From: a virus
Taxonomy: Duplodnaviria; Caudoviricetes
Strand: one strand, 5' to 3'
DNA: 45,466 nt
Virus record (IMG/VR): IMGVR_UViG_3300024998_000191
Location: 1-45,466 of that record
The notes below the pieces were generated by a model. That model was not told the DNA's origin. It searched no databases and saw only the letters and a list, made by a program, of their open reading frames with translations. Shown here piece by piece: positions 19,065 to 27,405 of the stretch; position 1 is the stretch's first letter, and every line of letters starts with the position of its first letter. The translations under genes were made by a program, and so were the position numbers.

Positions 19065-19086
19065 AAAAAAAGCCCCGGAACGGGGC
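19065..19086 (-). terminator. Rho-independent terminator between portal and protease genes
   Basis: GCCCC-gttcc-GGGGC followed by T7. Confidence 0.75.
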
Positions 19087-19104
19087 GGGCTGGTGAAATG
19101 CGAG

Positions 19105-21273
19105 TCAGTCCTCGATGACTGATACTGTCGTGCAGTGGCAGCGCGGGTGACTGGGCGTTGTCATGCTGCCGTCCGGAAACGTGTCTTCAATCTCGATCGG
19201 CCCGGCGAGCGCGTTCTCGACGCAGATCGGGCAGGCCCCCTCGTGATCGAGCCATTCCTTCTTAATCTTGATGCCGAGATCCTTCGCGATCTCTCGGCCT
19301 TTCTGCGCGCCATTGCCGTTCGCGAAGGCGGTTTCAGTATCGGCGATCAGAAGCGCGCGCTCGGGTGAGAACGCGTAGTCTTTCGCAATCCGGTCGGCGA
19401 CGCCGAGGATGTCTGTCTCCTGCAAGCCCTGGGCGATGGTCTGCCGGAGCATGTCGCGCGTTGAGTCGGTGATCTGCGTGACCAGCTCCGCAGCATGTTT
19501 CGTCGCCCATGTCGTCGATCGTGCGTCGACCTGGCCGAACAGGCCCATGTCGGTCAGCGCCGCGTTCGTGACGTCCGTTGCGAGATCGTCGAGCGCGCCG
19601 GAGATCGCCTTCACCTCTTTCAGGTCGAAGAGGTTGATGTCGTCTGCGATGGACTTCGCGCGCTGCTTGCGCTTTTCGTCCTCATCATCGGCCTTTCCGA
19701 CGACTGCCATGCCCCGAAGCTGGGACGCGACATGGTGCGCGGCCCGGTCGAAGACGGCATTTACCGTGTCACGGATAGCGCTGTGGGCCTTGATGGCCGC
19801 AGGACGCTTGAGCGGGTCGGAGTACTTTTTTTTTAAGCCGTGGGCCTTTGCTGGTTCCTCGTCGTCCGGTGCGCCTTCAGCTATAGCCTGCCGTGCAGCA
19901 AGAGAGGCATCTTTCGCAGCGGCGATGTCTTCTTCGGTCGGGAGGGCAACAAAGCCTGCTGCCGTCTGAAGGCCAGGCGTGTCGCCAACCCCCTCATATG
20001 GATCAAGGCCGTCCTGCGACCGCGCCTCGTTGAGGGTTATGACGCCGCGCTGGAGCTTGATGCTCTGGATCTCAGCGGCAACTTTCGGATCGATCTCCTT
20101 CTCATTGAGCCATGCGAATTCGATGTCCGTGGCGCCGAAGTCATGGAAGATGACCCGGTCGATGATGCCTTTCACCCACTTCTGGATCGGGGCAAGGCCC
20201 TCTTCAAGCGCGGCCTGCTGTGCCGTTTCCGCGGTCGCCCTGTTGACCTGTTGCACGAAGGCGGAGGGCGGAAGGCTGAAGGCGTAGCAGATGACGCGGG
20301 CGAGCCATTCGTCGTACTGATCCTTCAGAGGCGGCTGTACGATCTGCTGAAACGAGTCTTTTTGTCCGGGCAGGAACTTCGCTCTTCTGCGCTCAGCGAG
20401 GTCCCCCACATGGAGCGAATCCCACAACTCCTGGAAGGACTTAAACTGGTCCGGGTTCCAGGTATCGGGTAGCCAGAACACCCCGTCCGACACGTTGCCG
20501 TCGGTGTAGTAGGTCAACTGGCTCGTGGCACGCCGAATCGCGATGTTGACCGTGACGAGAACCTGCTCGACCGGGCTGTATCCGAGCGGCGTCCGATTCC
20601 GGACGTTCCGGGGAGCGAAGATCAACTCGTCGGAGGTGAAATCGATCGCCGGGACGCCCTTGATGACCTGCTGATACGCAGGGCTGGGGGCCATCGGCCG
20701 GCGCCCGGTTTCGTCGATGACCGGGAAGATCGTCGAGCCATCGAGAAGGTCGAGCGAGTAGAGCCGGTCCTTCCTGTCGAGGCGCTTATAGATCGACACC
20801 GCATCGAGGACGAAGTGGTCTTCGAGTAGCGCGCGCAGCCAGCCCGACCAGTCATGCTCCTTGTCGGGATACATGAAGAAGTCGGTCAGCTGCTTTATGC
20901 GTGGGTCGTCATCGGTGGTCGTGGAGCCTGCGCGCGGGCGGATCTGCCACTCCAGCTTCTCCATCTGATCCTTGCGGGTCTCGATGGCCAGGCGGAGGAT
21001 GTCGCACGTCTCGGACAGAGCAATCAGGGTCTCGTACGAGTTGCCCCTGCCCGTCCGTGGTTGGAAGCGGGTGTTGTAGCCGACGGGAAAGTCGAAGGCT
21101 CTGGGCTGGACGGTCTCAGGAGCGACCGGACGGATCGGCTGAAGCGGGGACATCCACGTGCCGGGCATGACGCCTGAGATCACGTACTGGGCGGCTTCCT
21201 TGGCTCGCGCCAGGAGCGACGGGTTCGCGGCAATCGCGCTTACGTCTGTCTCCTTCCCTCCCTTCGGCGCCAT
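19105..21273 (-). CDS. Portal protein fused to a MuF (SPP1 gp7-like) head morphogenesis domain
   Basis: Portal motifs (GYSPVEQ, ITLNEAR...GLDP) in roughly the first 450 aa; C-terminal IADTETAFA...KEW...CPIC..N...HPRCHC. Confidence 0.85.
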   Translation of the reverse strand: MAPKGGKETDVSAIAANPSLLARAKEAAQYVISGVMPGTWMSPLQPIRPVAPETVQPRAFDFPVGYNTRFQPRTGRGNSYETLIALSETCDILRLAIETRKDQMEKLEWQIRPRAGSTTTDDDPRIKQLTDFFMYPDKEHDWSGWLRALLEDHFVLDAVSIYKRLDRKDRLYSLDLLDGSTIFPVIDETGRRPMAPSPAYQQVIKGVPAIDFTSDELIFAPRNVRNRTPLGYSPVEQVLVTVNIAIRRATSQLTYYTDGNVSDGVFWLPDTWNPDQFKSFQELWDSLHVGDLAERRRAKFLPGQKDSFQQIVQPPLKDQYDEWLARVICYAFSLPPSAFVQQVNRATAETAQQAALEEGLAPIQKWVKGIIDRVIFHDFGATDIEFAWLNEKEIDPKVAAEIQSIKLQRGVITLNEARSQDGLDPYEGVGDTPGLQTAAGFVALPTEEDIAAAKDASLAARQAIAEGAPDDEEPAKAHGLKKKYSDPLKRPAAIKAHSAIRDTVNAVFDRAAHHVASQLRGMAVVGKADDEDEKRKQRAKSIADDINLFDLKEVKAISGALDDLATDVTNAALTDMGLFGQVDARSTTWATKHAAELVTQITDSTRDMLRQTIAQGLQETDILGVADRIAKDYAFSPERALLIADTETAFANGNGAQKGREIAKDLGIKIKKEWLDHEGACPICVENALAGPIEIEDTFPDGSMTTPSHPRCHCTTVSVIED

Positions 21274-21282
21274 GGATTGGTC

Positions 21283-21765
21283 TTAGGCCTGGGCGGCTTC
21301 TTCAAGCGTTGCGTCGTCACCTTCATGATCTGCAGGCTCCGGTACATCCGCTTCGGCAAGGCCTTCACCGGCTTCCTCTACGGCTGAATCGGTGGGCGTG
21401 TCTGAAGGGGCTTCGCCGAGTGTTGCGGCTGTCTCCCCTGCGGGTGTTTCGCCGACTTCGTCGCTTTCAGTCGCCTCGACGCACACGCCGGCCTTGATCT
21501 GGATGACGGCGACGTCGAACGGAACGTCGCGAATCAGGCCATCTGCGCCAACCGCGTGCGTTTTCCCATCGAAGTACAGACTCTGCCCGGGTTGGGCCTT
21601 CAGCGTTACAGTGGCGGGGAGCGTCGCAGTCGACGCGCCGGCGGCAAGAAGTTCCGATACGTCGGCGATGTGGACATCCCGAATCATCCCTTTGTCGTCG
21701 GCGACGTAGCGGCGGCTGAGGGTCGTGCTGAATTCCTGGCCTGGTGTTGCCTTCATGGCGATCAT
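21283..21765 (-). CDS. Hypothetical protein with tandem internal repeat and acidic tail
   Basis: MKATPGQ...G.IRDV unit occurs twice; ATGA overlap with terL. Confidence 0.65.
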   Translation of the reverse strand: MIAMKATPGQEFSTTLSRRYVADDKGMIRDVHIADVSELLAAGASTATLPATVTLKAQPGQSLYFDGKTHAVGADGLIRDVPFDVAVIQIKAGVCVEATESDEVGETPAGETAATLGEAPSDTPTDSAVEEAGEGLAEADVPEPADHEGDDATLEEAAQA

Positions 21766-23120
21766 GGTGGTGTGCCTTTCTGTTGTTGAACCTGCTCCGC
21801 TGCGAATTGCAGGAAGCCCATGCCAGGCCCGGAGCGTTTGATGACTTTGGACAGCGCGTAACGGATCGCGTCGATGTAGTGGTTATGCTTGTCGATGATG
21901 TCCGGCATGACGTCGCCGGTCAGTTTTTCTGTCTTGTATGAGTAAAGCTGGGCTTCCTGGATCGTCCCCTTGCATTCGGGGTGAATGACGATTTCCTCGA
22001 AGCCGCGCAGGAATGCGATGCCGTCCTCGACGGAGCCTTTCCACTTCTCTGCTCCGACCATGTTGAGGCCAGCACCGCAGACGTGGCTGATCGTTTCCGG
22101 CCGCGCGCTGTCCGCGTAGATAATCTGGTTGCCGAGTTCCGGGATCTTCTTCCGGAAGGCGGGGGCAATCTCGTTGTTCTCCAGCTTGACCTTGCCGAAG
22201 TCGCGCTCGACGTAGAGCGTCCCCTGCGTGCCCTTACCGGCTCCGATGATCCAGCACCGAACGATGGTCGTCGGGTCTGCTGCGTATCCGAAGTCTGTCC
22301 CATGGTAGGGACCGGCGGCGTTGTCTGGAATCGCCAGTTCGCCGCGGCGCCACTTCCCGGAGAGGATCTGGGCGGCGGAGGCGACGCGGAAGGCCCCTTC
22401 CCACACCCACTCGTAGGCGTCGGGGTCTACGCGCTGCAGGTGATCCTTCTCGGCCCGCAGCTCCTCAGTGAAGTGCGGGTTGTCTCGCCAGCTCACCATC
22501 CGGACGATTGAGTTCGGCGGCGGATGCTTTACGAACCGCTGGTAGGTCGGGTCCTTCTCCTGGTCCGGGTTGAACGATACCCAGATCTCCGACCCCTTCT
22601 TCCGGATCGTCGGGATCAGGATGTTCCAGGAGGCGGCGCTGACGCACTCAGCCTCTTCGACCCAGACGATATCGGCCCCTTCGAGGCCCTTGATATTCCG
22701 GATGTTCGTCTTCAGGCCGACGAAGCGGAAGGACGATCCTGTCGTTCGGCAGGTGATCGTCGTGTCAGTTACCCTGTAGAAGGGCCGGAGACCAAGGGCG
22801 TCGATCTGGTCGACGAGCAGCTTATGAACGCTGTCCTGGATCGAGATCTGATATTCACGCGCGCAGATGATGCGAAGCTTCGTCCGCGCCGCCAGGCCGA
22901 CAAGTACCCGAGCGATCGACCACGACTTCGCCGATCCACGTCCGCCGTAGAATACCTTGTACCGGCTTTTGACGTGCAGTTCCCGGAAGGCGACCGGGAC
23001 GTCAGGGAGCATCTGCCCGGCAACAATTCGCCGGCCTATCTCACGCCGGATTATCTCCGGGTTCGCCAGCGCCGTCGTCAGGGCTGGATGCAAGTTGCTG
23101 GGAGATTGTGAGAAGCTCAT
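21762..23120 (-). CDS. terL: Terminase large subunit (PBSX/Terminase_3 type)
   Basis: YGGRGSAKS Walker A, WVEEAE Walker B, SFNP, GTDFGY..DPT and NHYIDAIRYA motifs. Confidence 0.95.
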   Translation of the reverse strand: MSFSQSPSNLHPALTTALANPEIIRREIGRRIVAGQMLPDVPVAFRELHVKSRYKVFYGGRGSAKSWSIARVLVGLAARTKLRIICAREYQISIQDSVHKLLVDQIDALGLRPFYRVTDTTITCRTTGSSFRFVGLKTNIRNIKGLEGADIVWVEEAECVSAASWNILIPTIRKKGSEIWVSFNPDQEKDPTYQRFVKHPPPNSIVRMVSWRDNPHFTEELRAEKDHLQRVDPDAYEWVWEGAFRVASAAQILSGKWRRGELAIPDNAAGPYHGTDFGYAADPTTIVRCWIIGAGKGTQGTLYVERDFGKVKLENNEIAPAFRKKIPELGNQIIYADSARPETISHVCGAGLNMVGAEKWKGSVEDGIAFLRGFEEIVIHPECKGTIQEAQLYSYKTEKLTGDVMPDIIDKHNHYIDAIRYALSKVIKRSGPGMGFLQFAAEQVQQQKGTPP

Positions 23121-23628
23121 TCAATGTTTCGGGCGCGAGAAGCGCGAGGTTCAATCCATCCGGGCAGAGGGGATCACCATCCGCGCCGGTGACTTCGCGA
23201 CGATCGCGCCAGAGTTCTGGATGTCTGTTCTTGAGCCAGAAGATCAGCGCCGTCGTATCAGGAGCCGCTGCCTTTCGGACGGGGACCACAACAACTTCTT
23301 CTTCCGTCCGAACCTTCTTGCCGTTCTCGAAGAATTCCTTCTTGACCTTGATCGCTGCGTCTTCGGTCCATTCAGCACCTTCGGCGCGATTGAAGAGCCG
23401 CTGGACGATGTGCATGTCCGCGCGGGTCTTTCCGCCTTTTATGGACTCCGAAAATTCGGGGTGCTCAAGCTTCCAGAGATTGATTGTACTCTCGGAGACA
23501 TCGAAGAATTCCGCGAGATTTGCGTCAGTCGCTCCCATGAGTAGGCAAAGGCGATAGGCTTGATCGCAGTAGGCTGGATCATACTTGGTGGGGCGGCCGG
23601 GGCCTGGGGTGCTCGTGTCGTCGGTCAT
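23041..23628 (-). CDS. terS: Terminase small subunit
   Basis: GRPTKY, LA.FF.VS.STI..WK.EHPEF and PDTTA.IFWLKNR...WRD motifs. Confidence 0.9.
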   Translation of the reverse strand: MTDDTSTPGPGRPTKYDPAYCDQAYRLCLLMGATDANLAEFFDVSESTINLWKLEHPEFSESIKGGKTRADMHIVQRLFNRAEGAEWTEDAAIKVKKEFFENGKKVRTEEEVVVVPVRKAAAPDTTALIFWLKNRHPELWRDRREVTGADGDPLCPDGLNLALLAPETLNELLTISQQLASSPDDGAGEPGDNPA

Positions 23629-23768
23629 TGCATTGTCATGAATTCATCGAACGCCTGTGGGTCGACATAGAACCCATCGACGGCGCCGGTGCTGGGGTTG
23701 TGGACGGCGATGCTGGACTGCCCGTAGCAGGGCAGATGTCCGAATATGAAGGCCGCGACGATACTCAC
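23625..23768 (-). CDS. Small hypothetical protein (47 aa, MSIVAAFIFGHLPCYG...), not in ORF track
   Basis: GTGA overlap with the upstream gene and ATGA overlap with terS. Confidence 0.5.
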   Translation of the reverse strand: MSIVAAFIFGHLPCYGQSSIAVHNPSTGAVDGFYVDPQAFDEFMTMQ

Positions 23769-24013
23769 GCTGCGCCTGTTGCGACACGGGTGTAGTGATC
23801 AGCGTGCTGGGTATACTGCTCTGCGAGCATGGTGTGACCGGCGAACCGGGACTCCTTGGCCAGGTCCTCATACCGTTTGACGATCTGACAGGAGAAGCCG
23901 CGTACGCGCACGTCGGGGCCGTTGCTGGTCATCACCTGGCCGTGGTGGCCACTGGGATGGAACGGGCAGTTCTCAGCGGCAGGGTATTTCCTGTCGCGGT
24001 CGCGGCGTGACAT
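23765..24013 (-). CDS. DUF4167-family protein
   Basis: SNGPDVRVRG...QI..RY..LA.E....G....AE.Y.QHADHY.R matches the alphaproteobacterial DUF4167 consensus as recalled. Confidence 0.8.
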   Translation of the reverse strand: MSRRDRDRKYPAAENCPFHPSGHHGQVMTSNGPDVRVRGFSCQIVKRYEDLAKESRFAGHTMLAEQYTQHADHYTRVATGAA

Positions 24014-24043
24014 GCGAGCCTTTGGTCATGAAGTTGAAGAGAG

Positions 24044-24234
24044 GCCCTCAGCCGTAGCCGTGGGCAGGCGACGCCATTCGGCGGCGGGGGTTACCGGATA
24101 GAAACTGGTGCACCGCGTTTACGCGGCGCAAAAAGCGCTGACCGAAACCAGCGAGTTTGAACAGGGAGGTTCACGTCTGGGAGACGTAGGTGCGGAAGCA
24201 CCATAGGCCGGCAGAATATAAATCGGCCAGCCTA
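24044..24234 (-). ncRNA. Late-operon leader RNA made of ~10 back-to-back hairpins
   Basis: Consecutive inverted repeats; several G-U wobbles and UNCG loops favour the minus strand; starts just after the predicted promoter. Confidence 0.6.
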
Positions 24235-24239
24235 ATAGA

Positions 24240-24269
24240 AAATTACATCAGAAAACTTCGCGCTGTCAA
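24240..24269 (-). promoter_or_regulatory. Sigma70-like late promoter (pR'-like)
   Basis: TTGACA (24269-24264), 18-nt spacer, TAATTT (24245-24240), upstream of the whole late operon. Confidence 0.65.
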
Positions 24270-24715
24270 GAACGTTCTGCATTCAGTGTCAAAATTCCCA
24301 TTTTGCCCCAATGTTCGACGTCCATTTTAAGCATCCGCTCGTAAGTAAGGCCTGCAAGGTCGACGATCTGCCCGAGGGGGTTTTCGGCCGCGACTGCCCC
24401 TATGGCGCGCTGCAGCGAGATGTCGAACCAGTCCCGCTTTATCGCGTAATCCTCCAGGGATCTGTGCACGCGGCTCTGGATCTGACGGTCAATGCCCACG
24501 GGCAGGCGGCTGAGTTGCCAAAGCCGGATGTCGAGATGGGTGTGTATGGAAAGGCTTTGGAACCGGCTTAAGGGACGTGAGGTCTTGGCGATTTTGAAGG
24601 GACCGTGGGCCTCTCCGATGATGTACAGGAAGCAGTTTCCGAAGATGAGCGTGCGATCCTTGTAGTCGGGGTATGCTGCCTTGATTTCGCTCTCGGGCAG
24701 GATCATGCGCTGCAT
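24266..24715 (-). CDS. T5orf172/GIY-YIG-like protein, divergent
   Basis: FLYIIG...FKIA.T..P..R...L, VH..L and DWF motifs. Confidence 0.6.
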   Translation of the reverse strand: MQRMILPESEIKAAYPDYKDRTLIFGNCFLYIIGEAHGPFKIAKTSRPLSRFQSLSIHTHLDIRLWQLSRLPVGIDRQIQSRVHRSLEDYAIKRDWFDISLQRAIGAVAAENPLGQIVDLAGLTYERMLKMDVEHWGKMGILTLNAERS

Positions 24716-25284
24716 TGGTTCAGCCGATCCGTAAGGTGTCTGATGCCGTCCTCGTACCAGCGCTTTACGGTGCGCCGGTCTTCGCGAAGCTTTCGTCCAA
24801 GCCGGACCCAGTTATAGACCGGGCGCCCGGAATCCGGGTAGGTCAGCATCCGTCTGACGATAGTTTTCCGGTAGTAGGGGATGGTGATGAGGGGGAGCCA
24901 CTTCTCAGTAACCATGTACATTTCGTCAATCTGCTCGATAGTGGCGCGGAACTTCGGTCGAGCGTCGTTGGCGTTATAGGCGAACCAACTGTCATCCGGG
25001 GCGTCAGGCCAGCAGCTCTTATACCCTCCGGGCCAGCAGCCATCATTCGGCTGCATCATCTGTGTTCGCCCGGCGCTTTCGACAACTGCTTTTACGTATT
25101 CAGGCGTGTAAGATGCGCCTGTGTCATGCCCCATTATCTCCCCCGATGCAGATACTCTTGTCGCTATTGTGCCGCTGCGCGATGTTTTAATCAACGTTGA
25201 TGTTTTGTTGCCCAAGACTTTCGTGAAGCGTGTGATTTCCTTCGGCTTGAAGGGCTGCGAGCCTCGCTTGCGCCTGATTTTCAT
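24703..25284 (-). CDS. Putative late regulator/antiterminator (DUF6362/Q-like, C-terminal HTH)
   Basis: C-terminal W..LGRKL..DRRTVKRWY..GI..L...LN; sits just upstream of the late promoter. Confidence 0.55.
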   Translation of the reverse strand: MKIRRKRGSQPFKPKEITRFTKVLGNKTSTLIKTSRSGTIATRVSASGEIMGHDTGASYTPEYVKAVVESAGRTQMMQPNDGCWPGGYKSCWPDAPDDSWFAYNANDARPKFRATIEQIDEMYMVTEKWLPLITIPYYRKTIVRRMLTYPDSGRPVYNWVRLGRKLREDRRTVKRWYEDGIRHLTDRLNQCSA

Positions 25285-25444
25285 ATCTCTTCGCCGCCAT
25301 GTATCCGCATTTTCCGGCGATCTGCAAAGTTGCTATCGAAGCCGTAACTGTAGACGTATCTCTATCGAGCGCTGAAATCTCGCCTTCCGGGCTGTAACCG
25401 TGAGCGTAGCCCGGCGGGCATTTGGTAATTGGGGGTCCGTCCAT
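25187..25444 (-). CDS. Hypothetical protein (ITKCPPGYA motif)
   Basis: TAATG coupling with the upstream gene; the motif is common in small phage proteins. Confidence 0.5.
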   Translation of the reverse strand: MDGPPITKCPPGYAHGYSPEGEISALDRDTSTVTASIATLQIAGKCGYMAAKRYENQAQARLAALQAEGNHTLHESLGQQNINVD

Positions 25445-26166
25445 TAGGCTTCACCGAATGATGTATTCAAAACTTTAATGCATCGATCGCATAGCTCCTG
25501 ATCTGGAGATCCTTCAAGATGCTCGTTGTTCCAATGAATCTCAGGACGATAGCGCCTACAGCGCGGGCATTTCCCAGTGTCCGAGCGATAGAAGTGGTCG
25601 CCTTGGAAAAGCGCCTTAACACTTTCCTTAAAGCCCTTCCTGGTTAATGTATCGAAGCAGTTGGCGAGTTCTTCTGGTTCGCAGTCCAGGAAGAGCGGTT
25701 CACATTCCTCGGTCGATAGCAGAAATGCGTAGTGATCATCGACTGGTTGCGGCATCCATCCGGCGAAAAATTTGCGAACAATGTGAGCGTCGCGATCATT
25801 AAACCGGATCTTCATTACCGGAAGCCAGTCGTAGATGTTGTGAAGATTTGGAATTTGATCTTTTGACTCCGCGGCAGCGGGTGTTCCTGTGTGACCGCGA
25901 TGGTCATCTGTCGTCTGGGCATTCACTAAATCGGAGCGCAGTTCGTCTACCAGAAGGTGGGATATACGTTGTTCCTTCACCAGATCGTCGTGCAGCGCCT
26001 CGGCGAAATCGCTCTGCTCGCGCCACATCCCGTACGCCGTGGCATAGGCCCAGCCGCCTGCAGCTCCGGCGATAACGATCAGCATAAAAGCTGGAAACGG
26101 GACTACCGGCACGATTAGGGCCGTTAGAATTCCGGTCTGAAGCGCAAAGCTTAGGCGGTTACGCAT
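25444..26166 (-). CDS. Membrane protein with C-terminal CxxC...CxxC zinc finger
   Basis: Two N-terminal TM segments; KCPRCRRY...LCDRC. Confidence 0.65.
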   Translation of the reverse strand: MRNRLSFALQTGILTALIVPVVPFPAFMLIVIAGAAGGWAYATAYGMWREQSDFAEALHDDLVKEQRISHLLVDELRSDLVNAQTTDDHRGHTGTPAAAESKDQIPNLHNIYDWLPVMKIRFNDRDAHIVRKFFAGWMPQPVDDHYAFLLSTEECEPLFLDCEPEELANCFDTLTRKGFKESVKALFQGDHFYRSDTGKCPRCRRYRPEIHWNNEHLEGSPDQELCDRCIKVLNTSFGEA

Positions 26167-26614
26167 GAACAGCCCTCCGCTCCCAGACGCTCTGCTTCCG
26201 CCGCGGCGGATTCACGTCACAGGCGACGGCGTACCAGTAAGCGGTAAGCAGAATGGGATATGCCGCGATAAGAGCGTTTTCGACCGTCGGTTCGGCAAGC
26301 ATACCGGCCAAACCGATTAAGCCGAAGACAAACTGCGCGATCCGCCAAATCCTGTCGGTTAGGTAGCGAGGGTTCTTCAGTCCTTGTCGCGCGCCGGACA
26401 GTCCGGCTGTGAGGTAACAAGCAGCACAGGCGAGCGCTACGATCGCTGCCGAGAATACAGCATGTCGCGGAACATCAGAGGCCATCCCGGCGACAAACGC
26501 CCCGGTGATGAAAAACCTCGCGACACCTGGCGGTCCAGCATTTGGAAACCGGTCAACGATCGGCTGAAAGACCCGGAACATCGCGTCATCGATGATGAGG
26601 AGAGGGTTACGCAT
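26159..26614 (-). CDS. Multi-pass membrane protein
   Basis: About four hydrophobic segments; RBS GGAGG before MRNPLL. Confidence 0.65.
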   Translation of the reverse strand: MRNPLLIIDDAMFRVFQPIVDRFPNAGPPGVARFFITGAFVAGMASDVPRHAVFSAAIVALACAACYLTAGLSGARQGLKNPRYLTDRIWRIAQFVFGLIGLAGMLAEPTVENALIAAYPILLTAYWYAVACDVNPPRRKQSVWERRAVHA

Positions 26615-27245
26615 TGTTCGCCTCCCGCATTTCCCTTCTCGTGCGGTGTGGGGCGCCTTGCTTATCAATCCAGCGTTTGACTGGGATAAGTTCGTGCGTT
26701 CCATCGATAACTGGGATAGCGATATCGACGGCCTGCGAGATAATGCCGCGCTGCACCTCTGTCGTGTCGTCCAGGAATAAGGCGTGAAGGGCGGAGCGTA
26801 GGTTATTTGGCGTTAAAAGCTCGGGGCTTCGACGGGACTGAGCCTCGGCTAAGCCGCGCGCGAGATCAGCACGTTTCACGTCTCGTTCATGGTTAACGAT
26901 TGCCTCGATGGCCCGATCTATCAGCAATTTATCGGATGGTCCCGAGACATTCGAGGTGCCGAGCGTATAAAGGTTGATAACCTTATCTGGATAGCCAAGG
27001 GATAGACCATAGCTGATCTTGGTACGTGCGACCTTCTCTAGCTGATCGTTAGCACCGAAGATGGTTGCCTTGGTCGAGCTTCCGCTGTCGACTCGACGGA
27101 GCGAATAGTCGCCCGGATGCGATATAATATCCTCACATATCGCCTTCAGCAGGGGATCCGGCAAATCGCATTGCTTGTCGCCCGCTGGCTGGCCCTCGAT
27201 CTCCGGAACTTCAGGGCGTTGCTGAGCCCGCTTTCTAAAAAACAT
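26607..27245 (-). CDS. Hypothetical protein
   Basis: 212-aa ORF with RBS GAGGAG. Confidence 0.6.
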   Translation of the reverse strand: MFFRKRAQQRPEVPEIEGQPAGDKQCDLPDPLLKAICEDIISHPGDYSLRRVDSGSSTKATIFGANDQLEKVARTKISYGLSLGYPDKVINLYTLGTSNVSGPSDKLLIDRAIEAIVNHERDVKRADLARGLAEAQSRRSPELLTPNNLRSALHALFLDDTTEVQRGIISQAVDIAIPVIDGTHELIPVKRWIDKQGAPHRTRREMREANNA

Positions 27246-27257
27246 CTATTTCTCCTC

Positions 27258-27390
27258 TCAGTTCATGCGGTAGCCCTGTTTCCAGGGCGACCTGACGAAC
27301 TGATCAGGAGCGCCAGACGGCAACTAATGTTGAAACAGACAATCCTCCCCCCTTTTTTCGCAATACTATTACACGCGGCTGCGTTTTCAA
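27258..27390 (-). promoter_or_regulatory. Internal promoter-like sequence plus long GAAA-capped hairpin (nut-like)
   Basis: TTGAAA-N16-TAGTAT, then CGCTCCTGA and a TCAGTTC...GCCCTG-GAAA-CAGGGC...GAACTGA stem directly before the RBS. Confidence 0.45.
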
Positions 27391-27405
27391 AATACTTTCT
27401 GTCGA

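Noticed and set aside
24044-24234. CRISPR array or REP cluster
   Set aside because: The hairpins share no repeated sequence, there are no spacers, and no cas genes are present.
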